DNA of 64,000 bases, taken from Piromyces finnis finn. Its lineage: Eukaryota; Fungi; Neocallimastigomycota. The stretch covers positions 1,054,001 through 1,118,000 of the forward strand of contig MCFH01000004.1 in the NCBI GenBank assembly GCA_002104945.1, in the 5' to 3' direction. The notes under the pieces were generated by a model. That model ran no database searches. It saw only the letters and a program-made list of their open reading frames with translations, and had not been told where the DNA came from. The position numbers and the translations under genes were made by a program. Within the stretch, counting starts at the first letter, position 1. Each line of letters begins with the position of its first letter. This document shows positions 32,092-44,100 of the stretch, piece by piece.

Positions 32092-32727
32092 TTTTTATTT
32101 TTTATATTTAATATTTTGTTTTACAATATATTATCAATTATTTTTATAAAAAAAATCAAATAATGAATATCTTTTAAAAATTAAAGTTTTATTTAATATA
32201 AAATTGTTTACATTCTTTATTAAATGATATTTTCATAATAATTAAAATTTATTGAAATAATTTAATAATAAATGTTAAAAATTTATTAATATTAACATAT
32301 CTCAATCATTTTAATTTCTCTACCTTATATAAAAAAACATATATATATATCAAAAAATGTCATAAAAAAAGATTTCATTTTAAAAAATATATTTTTAAAT
32401 TTTTGGTTAATACCAAATGTATTATAGAAATAAATTTTTAAAATGGTTAGGTTAAAATATCGGAGTTGTTTATTAGTACAATTAATGTAAATAATGTAAT
32501 AATAATATTGGTTTTGGTGTAAAAATTTAAATTTTATGTAATCTTAATATATTGATAAATAAAATGAATAATATATTTTTTAAAATTTTATAAGCTGAAA
32601 TTCTAATACAAATTAATTTTAACCAATCATATTATTGATAAAAATAAATTGAATTAAGAAAAATGAATTTACATGACTATAGTTTATTCCTTCTTTTTTG
32701 CAATAACAGTCTAATTATATATTCACC

Positions 32728-33781
32728 ATGAAGTAAGTTTTAGATGAATGGTTGAATGGATGTTTATTTATTTTTTTTTTTTATAGTTTATTGTTTATTA
32801 TTATTATGAATTTACTTATTATTATATAAGAAAATATATGTTAAAATATGAATATGAATAATGAAAGATTGATGGATGGATATGTGAATATTTGCAATAA
32901 ACATCCTGTAATGACATTTAAATTTTGTTCAAGAATATTTATCTAATGTATATTTTTTGATTTATAATTTTAATAGGATTGAATTGTGTAACTTCAGTGG
33001 CACGTATCTCTGAATATTTCTATAATCGAATAAACAACACTTTAAATATATATAAATAATCATTAACTAATGTCATATTTTTTATATTATATATTATATA
33101 AAAATATAATATTATTAATATAAACAGGCTTCAAGGTAAATTCATAACATAATCTTAGTTAATAATTAATATATGTTTATTAATATATAATAAATTATTG
33201 AAAATAGATCTACCCAGGTCGTGGTAAGATTTTCGTCAGATCCGACAGTAAGACTTTCCGTTTCATCAACGGTAAGTGTGAATCTTACTTCCTTCAACAC
33301 TTAAAGCCATCCAAGCTCGACTGGACTGTTGTTTTCCGTCGTCTTCACAAGAAGGGTATTAGTGAAGAAGTTGCCAAGAAGAGAACTCGTCGTACTGGTA
33401 AATTATCAATTGTATATATACACATTAATATTTTATGGAGATATTAACATTTATATAATTATAGTTAAACACCAACGTGGTGTTGTTGGTGCCTCCTGGG
33501 ATGCCATCAAGGCTAAGCGTATGCAAAAGCCAGAAGTCAGAGCTGCTCAACGTCAACAAGCTATGAGACAAAACAAGGAAAAGAAGAAGCAAGCCCAAGC
33601 TTCCAAGAAGGCTGAAAAGGCTAAGGTAATAAAACTAATTTAAAACATATATTTATATTTAATTATATTATTAATTATTTTAAATATAAAATAGAATGTC
33701 GCTGCTCGCGGTAAGGCTCCAAAGATCAGCAAGCAACAAGCTCGTGGTGCTGCCCAAAAGATCCTTCCAACTTCTCGTTAA
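32728..33781 (+). CDS. RPL24: 60S ribosomal protein L24 (eL24), six exons including microexons
   Basis: ATGAA|G ATT GAA TTG TGT AAC TTC AGT G|GC TTC AAG|ATC TAC CCA GGT CGT GGT translates to [27 protein letters not shown]...[16 protein letters not shown]...[11 protein letters not shown]. Codon usage is GC-richer, as expected for a highly expressed gene. Confidence 0.97.
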
Positions 33782-36700
33782 GTTAAACCAATGTAAATTT
33801 GGATAATATATATAATAATAAAGGAACCCTTTAATTTAAAAAAATACTATGAAGTTGCGTATTTAAAATATTGATAAATAATGTGTATAATTAAATTTAT
33901 TTGAAGATATAAATTTGAAGTGATGAATAATTAAAAATAGGAGTTATGAAGTGGTATTAAAAAGAAAGAGTATAACAAGAAAAGAACAAACATAGTCTGA
34001 ATATAATAAGAAAAATAATGGAGGTGTAGTAATGAATTAAATTTTTAAAAATTATTACTTATGGAATTAAGTTTGGAAAAGTAATTTTATGTATTTATCA
34101 ATTGAAATAGAAAATAATTATGATGGTATGATATTTATTGTGGGGTAAAATATTAGTAGAATTGAAGCGTATAGTAAATTCAGGATTTCTAGTTCTAATG
34201 ATAATAATATATAAAGGACTTAATTAATGGTCATTATTAAAGAAACAAAAGTGATTTATTAGTATTTTTCAATTTTATCAAAAGGCATAGTTTTCGTATT
34301 TTTGTTTATAGAATTAATTTATAAAAGTTTTGCTGATTGTGATTCTTACACAATAGTTGATAAGTACTAAAAGTAATAGTATAAGACAACTTTATTTTAA
34401 TTAAAGTAATAATAAAGTTTAAAAATATTTGATGCCGCTTAAAAAAAAAAAGTATAAGACAACTTGTTACTTGTTGTAGAGAGTGTAGAAGTATTATGAT
34501 ACAGAAATGAATGATAATAATATAATTCATAAAGAATTAATATCGAGAAATGAAGAGAATTAGAGGTCTTTTTGTCCTGACTACTCAATACGTAGTTTAT
34601 TATTATTAATTTATATTTTATTTTATTTATTTATTTATATAATATTTATTATTATTATTTTTTTAATAGAGTACATCTTGATTTAGTTGTAATATTAATA
34701 AATACAGTTTTATATTATTAATGTCTAAAAAAAAAAAAAAAAAAAAAAAAAATTGTTGGCCAAAAGGTTTAAGTTATAACCAAGAACGTTATTTTGAAGA
34801 AACAGTAAGAAAAACATAGATAAACTAATGCTGGCTATAACTTTATATTTCGTTAATATTTGATCTTGACTTTTAGTAATATTGGAAGTCATTTACCATT
34901 AGTATATATTTTTATTACGATTTTCCTTTAATAAAAATTACTAGAATATAATTCCTATTTTTTATTCATTTGTATTTCATGTCAAAAGTTTTAATATAGT
35001 AAATAGTCCAAACTATTTACTAATATCTCAGTATAGTAATAATAATAGTGTATATTAAGGTCCTTTATGATGTTATAATTTAAATAAATAAAATCATTTG
35101 AATATGTATAATATTTTAGCTAATAGTAATTCATTCATTAAATATTAAAATATATAATTAATTTGATATTTGATGGGAAATGTCTAAATTATTTTTTAGT
35201 AGTAAAGATTCAAAAATATAAAAGTTTTGTAAATGTTAGCGCCGAGCATTTTTATTGGATTTCTATTTTTGACCAGATACCTCGAATTAAATTATGTGCT
35301 TTATGTTATTAATTAACAATGGACAATATTAAATCTAAATCAGCAATTGAGAGAAAATACTGATGAAACGATATGAAGGATAAGTAGAACAGCCAGTATT
35401 TACATAACTTTGAATTTTCAATAAAATTAAGATCAAATATTGTTAAGAAACAAATATAATTATTATACTCAAGTATGACATTAGCCTTTTTAATTAAAAT
35501 TACTAGATCTTTCAATTTTTATATATTAATAATTTTTATTTTGAATATATTATGTCAAATTTTAATTATTATAATTTTTTTTTATTGATAAATAGTATAA
35601 ATACTTATCAATTATAAAGTGTAACACACTGACTCACTATTTTTTTTTTTTTTCTATTTTTGGAAAAATAAATAAAATATTATAATTACTTTTTTTATTA
35701 TTAAAAAAATAATTGCACTATAGTTAAATAAAAAACACTTTTTAAACATCAAATAAAAACAGACATTTCATCAGAGACCATAAATAATTATTTGATTATG
35801 TTTATATTTTTTAACGGAAGTTATTCTTTCTATTATAGGTTTTATTAATGTATTAATGTCAATAAATCTGAATTAACAATAAATGTATATATATTTCAAT
35901 TTAAATAAATTGATAGAAATGAAAAATCACAAAAAAAAAAAACATAAATCTTGCATTTCTTAATTATACGAGGTGTGATTCAAATCTAATTTACAATATT
36001 CTCACCAAACTTAATATTATGGAAGTATATAGTATATTTATTACATAATTCTTGAATTATTAAGTTTAGTGAGAATAAAACGAATTTCTATTCATTCTCT
36101 ATATTTATTATATAGTTTATCATTTTTAATATTTTTATGTTATTTTTGTTTTAATTTAATATCATTTAATAAACAATATTTAAATAAAATTATTAATTAC
36201 TTTTAAAGGGTATTATTAGTTACGCAGAGAATAATGTATTTTTATTATATTAATTCTATTGTTGTAAATAACAAAATAGAAAAATCAAAGAAATGTATTT
36301 CTTCCTTTTATGTGTCGAAAAGAAAATAAAGACATTAAAAATTTAATAGTTTATTTTTTTTTTTATATAAAATAATAATCATTGAAATTGGTAATTTTTT
36401 AATCTTTTTCTGCGCATTAATAAATTAAACCTTAACCTTAAATTTATTCTTGTATAAGCTATCTTAATTAATTATACAATTTTATTAGTCGAGTTTTTTA
36501 TCGAATAAAATATATTAAAAAATTATATACATTTAAATTGTTAATTAAGAGAAAATAAGGGGATTAAATTAATAAGAATTAAAGCTTTACTATTATACTT
36601 ATTTTTTTTTTTTTTTAAAAAAAAAACAATAAAAACTAGATATAGATAAAAGAAAATAAAAAGGAACAATAATAAAAAATAAAATAAAATAAAAAATAAA

Positions 36701-36846
36701 AAGAATAACTAAATAAATAAAATATAAAATATAAACAATATATAAGAATAATAAATAAGATACCAAAACAATAACAATAGAATAATAATAAATATATAAT
36801 ATTATAATTTTAATTAATAATTAAAATCCCAAGTAATCTCAATAAA

Positions 36847-39800
36847 ATGGTTAAGAAAGTACAATTAAAAAATGCCATTTTATTGTTTATGTTAAATTTT
36901 GGTATAGGCTTAGCAAATGATACTAAGAATTCGCAAAAAGATTCCTATCCTAATTTCATAGACAATAATTATAATTTAAAATGTGGAATATATGACAAAT
37001 TAAATCTTTATTCAAAAGCCTTTTTTTTGCCTAAGACATATATTAAGCCAGTTGAATCATACGAAGCTTCATTCGAAGCAGCATTTCAACATGAAAATGA
37101 CGTTGAGATTAAAAACTCAGTTGTTATAGAAGATAATAAAAATGAAAAAGAAAAAATAAATTTGAAAGATCATATATTATCAGAATCAGAAGTATATTTA
37201 CATGAGGATTTAAGTAATGATTCAATGCCATATAAAATAAATAATATTTGTACGTTTTATGATATAAATGTGATAATACAGGGAGAAGTAAATACTTGCA
37301 ATTTTGAAGATGAATATAATGATGATTACATAGAAAATGAGAATATTATAGGCAATATAATTGATGGTGATAGTATTAAGACAAATGAATCAAATGAATT
37401 GAAGAATGATTATAACAATAATAATAACGATAATAATGATAATAATATATCAGTAAATGACGAATCGGGTAAAGTAATTGATTTATTATCAGATAATATT
37501 AATAAAAGTGAAATCAATGTTAATGAAAAAAATACACCTGATAATGAAAAAGCAGATAATCCAAAAAATATTAACATTGATTTAAATATTTTAAATAATA
37601 CAAGCAATGTTAATATTCAAAAAGGAAAAAATGAATTAGTTGGAAAAAATACTCAAAATCCAATAATAGCTTTATTATCAAAATATTTTTCATGTAAGAG
37701 TTATTTTTATAAGATATATATATTTTTATTAATAATGCTTTATAAATTTCAATATATTAATAAATTATTAAATTTTATAATAATCTAAAGTTGACAAAAA
37801 AAGTAAAAAGGAAAAAACTAAGGAAAAAATAACGAAAGAAGATGAAATTAAACCAATTTTCCCAACAAAAGATTTTTCTTTAACCGGAAAAGAAAGACCT
37901 AATTATGCTTCCTCAGATTGCGCTGCAATTCTTTTAAAATCAAATAAAGAAGCCAAATATGCAAATTCAATCCTTAATGAAAAAAAAGATAGTTACATGA
38001 TTAATGAATGTTCAGCGAAAAATAAATTTGTAGTTATTGAGTTATGTAATGATATTTTAATTGACGCAATCGTAATTGGTAATTTTGAATTATTTTCTTC
38101 TACGATTAAGCTCTTTAAAGTCTCACTTTCCAATAAATTTAATTATCATAATAATAAGTGGACTACTTTAGCGTATTTTCAAGCAGTTAATTCGAGAGAT
38201 ATTCAAGTAATTTATTAATAATAATAATATTATTATGGTTGTATACTTTATGATAAATTTAACATTTAATTTTAATAAATATATATTATTTAAGGTTTTT
38301 AAAGTTGACAATCCAGTGATGTATGCAAGATATGTTAGAATTGATTTTATATCCAATTATGGTTTTGAATCATTCTGTCCATTAAATTTACTTAGAATTC
38401 ATGGTATAACAATGATGGAAGAATATAAAGCCGATGAATATCCAGATTTAATAATAAATAAAGAGGATAATGATGTTAAAGAAGATTTGAAAATTATTGA
38501 AGAAAAATCTATTAATGAAGATAATAAACAGCAAATTAACTTCCATTTAGATTATTTAAGATTAAAATATAATCATTCTAAAGATGAAATTGATAAAAAT
38601 GTTAGTTCTGCACATTCATTAGATTCATTATTTAAACAATATTTTGGTGATAGTACAAATCAAATTAATAATTTACAAGAAAGTAACGAAAGTATAATAA
38701 ATACTGAAACTGGTAATAATAGTTTTAATAGTCAATATCATTCAACATCTGGTAGTAATAATATTGGTGTAAATAACAATAATCATAATAATGGATCCAA
38801 TAGTCATATCCAGCAGCAACAACCAGTACAAGAAAATATATATAAAACTATTATGAGACGTTTAACTACATTAGAAAACAATTCGACAGCTTCTATTATT
38901 TATTTACAAGAACAGAACAAAATGTTAGATCATTATTTTAGTATTATTCAAAGGCTTCAGAACCTCCTTCCATTAGAATCTTTAACAGATGAAAATATTG
39001 GTGTTGCCTCGGCTTCAGCTGTTGAAAATCTACAAATATATTTAGAAGGAGAAATTAAGGAAATGGTAAATAAAAATTATTAATTATTATGCTCTTATTT
39101 ATAATATTATAAGATAAGAATATTAAGTATAAAACTTTTTATTATAATATATGAAGAAAACCATATACTCGAAAAAAATCTTTGATTTATCTATTGAAAT
39201 ATTAAGAGACAAAAGATTATACATGGAAAAATTAAATAACGCGATAGAAAGAATTGAAAGTTTAGAAACATCAGTAAGTTCATAATATTATTTATAATAA
39301 ATTATTAAAAAATATATTTCTAAACTATTATTTATATTAATTATAGAGAAATTACCAACTTGTAGGGTTAATCATTATTATTTTATTTTCAAGTAGAGTT
39401 TCTCAAATTATAAATGCACTTCATTCTTTAATTTTTGATTCAATGCCATTTTCTCACAAATTAAAGAAAAATAATAACTCTAAAAATAAAAACAAACAAT
39501 TGTCAGAAGATTTAAATGATACTTTAATTTATAATAATATACCAAATACTGATGAAAGACCGTTATTAGAGGATGTTGAAAATTATTCCATGTCAGGTTT
39601 TTCTTTGCTTGATGAGGATGAAATTGAGAATGAAATGTAAGTATATTTATAATATAAAATATGTATACATTATATACATATTTTCAATAATAATAAATAA
39701 CTATATTAAAATTTAATTCATTAATAACTAATTATTTATACTAATAATTTATAATATATTTTATATTATATTAATAATGAAAATCTTAACAGTATATTAA

Positions 39801-40219
39801 GAAAGTCAAATAGATCATCATTAAATTCTACAACAATAAATCATTTAATAAATATTCAATCAAAAAGATTATCCTCTTCAAATAAACAAGAATATGTTCG
39901 ATTACCTAAAAATCAACAAGGAAAATCAATTCCTGATATAAATATATATAAGAATTATAATAATTATTATAATGGAGATAATAACATTAACTATCTTAAT
40001 AATTTAGAAAATAATACTCAGAAAAGAAATTCTTTAACCGATCTTGACCTCTATGTTAATCATAATCATAATAATAATAGTACAAATACAGAAACTGAAG
40101 ATGATAGATTTTTTAATAAAAGTGGTTTGTCGTCATCAAAATTATCCTTATTAACCCCATTATCAAATTCATCGAGTGTAATAACCACTAATGCTAAAAT
40201 AAATAAAAACAACAATATC

Positions 40220-40266
<47 letters not shown>

Positions 40267-40285
40267 TAATAATAAAAATAATAAT

Positions 40286-40342
<57 letters not shown>

Positions 40343-40588
40343 CTGAATCATCATCCTTATTCTAATTCACACTTAAAAAATAATAATTCACATGGTTTAT
40401 TAAGAAAATCACAATCAAATGATAATATTAACTATTCAGGTTCTAGTAATAGTAATAAAAATAAAAAAAATAAATGTAAAGAAAATAAGGATTTAAGAGA
40501 AGATTCAGATTATTTATCTATATCTAGAAAAAATAGTAAAGAGAAAATTACATTAAAAAGATTTTCATCTTCAACGACATTAGTTTAA
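36847..40588 (+). CDS. SLP1: SUN-like domain protein SLP1/SUCO (multi-exon)
   Basis: RPNYASSDCAA...SILNEKKDSYMINEC...KFVVIELCNDILIDAIVIGNFELFSS...YARYVRIDFISNYGFESFCPLNLLRIHGITMMEEYK; coiled-coil QENIYKTIMRRLTTLENNST; predicted signal peptide and a C-terminal TM helix. Confidence 0.9.
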
Positions 40589-40918
40589 TCAAAGAAAAAA
40601 GATTAAAACAAATGTTAAACGAATGAGAAGGCGAAATGAAAATAAATAAAACAATGTATATATAAATTCAGTAATAAAAAAAAATTAAATGTAATTAATA
40701 GAATATACCTTTATTTAATATTAGAATTTATATTTTATTATTATTTATTTTAGTAAAAGCAAAGTATATATTCCATAATAAAGTTTAGAAAATAAAATAA
40801 AAATAATGAAAGCTATTTTATATATTATATATATATTATTTATTTATAAATCTAATCTTTTATTTTTAATTTACTAAAAAGGATTAAGTTATTTAAAATT
40901 TTTTTATAAAGCATAAAG

Positions 40919-41153
40919 TGTCAGATAAATTTAGTTTACACTTAAATTTATTTATAAAACTATTTGGGTTTTTATAATCTTTTATTTATTTATATTTATT
41001 TTATAATATAAATATTGTAACTTTCTTAAAATCTTTTTATTAAAAAATAACCAAAGAATAAAAATGTAGTACAATATTAATTTATAATTTTATAAAATAC
41101 AAATACATAAAAAATACATAAAATATTATTTTGGAATGTATTTTATTTTCACA
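40919..41153 (-). repeat. 3' LTR
   Basis: 235-bp direct repeat of 46679-46913, preceded on the minus strand by the polypurine tract. Confidence 0.97.
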
Positions 41154-41161
41154 CTCCCCCA
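41154..41161 (-). other. Polypurine tract (GGGGGAG) abutting the 3' LTR
   Basis: Plus strand reads ctcccccaaag directly after the LTR end. Confidence 0.9.
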
Positions 41162-41175
41162 AAGTTATAAATTCA

Positions 41176-44100
41176 TTATTTGTATTTATATAATAAACTA
41201 TCTCTAAATATTTTCATTTTATTTTTATTCAAGTATTTAGTAAAACCATCTGCTAAATTTTCTTCTGATTTTATATATTCTAGACTGATTTTATTTTCTT
41301 TAATTAATTCTCTTACTTTATGGTACTTAATATCAATATGTTTTGACTTTGGATTAATCGTTTCATTATTTGCGTTGTAAATAGTTGCTTGATTATCAAT
41401 ATTGATTTTTAAGCATTCTTCCTTTATTTTTAATTCACTAAAAATATTTCTATACCACAGAGCTTGCTTTGAGCATTCACAAAGTCCATAATATTCTGCT
41501 TCGGCGGTTGAAGTTGATACACATTTTTGCAGTTTTGAGTACCAGCTTGTTGGTCCATTTCCCAATAAAAATACAAATCCAGTGGTAGATTTTCTTGTTT
41601 CTTCATCTCCCCCATAGTCTGAATCTACAAAAATCTTCAAATTTAAGTTTCTTTCAAAACGGATTCCATAATGAGGATTTTCTTTCAGATATTTGAATAT
41701 TTGTAATACATTCTTCCAATTTTGGATAGTAGGATTTTGTGAGAACCTAGATGCTTTGGTTACTGAAAATAAGATATCTGGACGAGTACCTATGGCTAAA
41801 TATAAAAGACTTCCTATTGCAGCTCTATAAGTAGTAGGGTCAAAAGGCTGATTGAGTTGTTCATCATTCTTGATTGGTGTAGTTGTCTTTGATCCTCTGC
41901 AGTTTTCTAAACCAAATTTGTGTAATATATCCTTTAAATACCTTTCTTGATGTAACAAATACCCATCTTTTAACGTTTCTACTTTGATTCCTATGATGAA
42001 ATTTGCATCACCAACATCCGTGATAACATATTTCTCTTTAATTAATTTAATAGTTTTATCTATTTCTTCCTTTTTACCAGTTATTAGGATGTCATCAACA
42101 TATATTCCAACTAAACATACTAATTTATTGTTTTTGGTCTTTATAAATATGCATGGTTCGCTAACTAATTTCTGAAATCCTAGTTCAATGAGAGTATTGC
42201 TGATGTTGTTATTCCATTCTCTTGCTGCTTGTTTTAAGCCATATAATGCTTTATTTAATTTCCATAATCCTTTTTTATACATTTTATCTCCTTCAGGTGC
42301 TTTCATATATATATCTTCCTTTAAATCTGCATACAAATATGCGGCCTTAACATCTAATTGATGGATTTTATAGTTATTAATTGCAGCTATTCCTATTAGG
42401 ATTCTTAATGAGTCTTGTTTTAGAGTAGGAGAAAAGGTCTCATTGTAGTCTTCTCCATATTCTTGTGTAAAACCTCTGGCTACAAGTCTAGCTTTGTATT
42501 TTTCTATCTCACCAGTGCTATTCCTTTTTATCTTAAATACCCATCTTGAATCAATAATATTGGCGTCTTCTGGAACTTCATCTATTCTTTTGAACACTTT
42601 TCTTTCTTTCATATTTAGCAATTCGGCTTCTATTGCTTTTATCCACTTATCCTTATCTTTTCTTTTAAATATATCATTATAGGAATTTGGCTCCTTGATT
42701 TGTGCTATAGTTAGCGCCACTTCCTTAATTTTCTTCTTTTCTGGTTCATGTTCATGTGGCTTACTAAATTTTTCTTCTATGACATCTTCACTTGGAACAA
42801 GTTTCCGCTTTCTTGGGAATTTTTCTTCCTTTGGTGGATGATTTTCATTTAATTTAAAATTTTTATTGGATTTTAATTTTCTATTTAGATTTCTCTTATT
42901 CAAAAAATTTTGTTTTGATAATAACTTTTTCTTATCAAAAAATTTTTTTTTAGATTTATCTTTATTGATTGGATCTTTAATTTCATTTTTATTTTTTAAA
43001 TTTCTCAAATTATATTCCTTTTTATTTTGATTATTTAAATTACTTTCTTTTTCATCAGAAATATTTTTAAATTTGGACTTTTCTTCAGGAATATTGATAT
43101 TTTCTTTATTCAAATTTCTTCTTATTTCATTCTCATTAATAGGTATGTAATTTTTCTTATAATATTCTTCATTCTTATAATTTACTTTTACATTTGAATA
43201 ATTATTTTCTATTTCTTTTCTATTATTTTTATTTATATTATTTTTGACACTCTCAATATTTTCAAAATCAATTTTCTTTCTTGTTCCTAAATCAATGTCA
43301 GGACTCAGGATATTTAAAAAATCATTATTGTCAATTTCTCCAGTTAAATCATTTATCTCCATTTCTGATGGTGTTTTTAATACTTCTTCAATTAATTCAT
43401 TTTTATTTACAATGTCTGAATTTTCTTCTATAAAATAAACATTTCCTTTTGCATTCAGGTATTTATTATTCCTTTTATTATCCTTTGATATATTTGAATT
43501 GTCTTTACTGTTTATATTTTTATTTTTCTTGTCGTCATTTCTCTTTATATTCACTTCTTTAATTTCACAAATTTCAGTTTCGTCAGCACTATTATATTTT
43601 AAATTATTATATTTTAAATTATTTTCTTCCAAGGTAAAGTTATTTATATTGCCGTCGTTACTTCCTGAAATGTCATTATTGTTTTCTTTTTCTTTATTGG
43701 TTTCACTTACAGATTCCATTGAAGTACTTATTTTAATTTCTTTATTTTCTTCCATTTCTTCAATTTTCTGGTAATTATTTTTGTTCAAACGTTCTTTTTT
43801 CTTTTCTTTTAGTTTAATATAGTCTAAGAGATTTAAGTCTTCTTCTTCTGAGTCTTCTATATTCATATTACTATCATTAGTGTCCTCGCAGACTTGCATA
43901 AAACTTTCAGAACTATTATTTTTTTCTTTATTTAATAGTGACGTGAGCTTATCCAGCTTTTCTTCTATATTTCTAAATTTTTCTTCATAATTTACTTCTT
44001 TTAAGTCTTCTTTATTACTAGTTTTATCATTGAGTGTTTCTAGGTTTTCATTCATTAATTTATCATTTTCATTTGAAATGTCCTTTTCTTTTTTGTCTTT

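Noticed and set aside
34756-34768. Minus-strand CCTTTTGGC resembling the U2 snRNA 5' stem
   Set aside because: The match does not extend to the branch-site-pairing region (GTGTAGTA) or an Sm site.
35967-35984. TACGAGGTGTGATTCAAA resembling a mariner terminal inverted repeat
   Set aside because: No properly oriented partner TIR and no transposase remnant; the loose match near 35268-35286 faces the wrong way.
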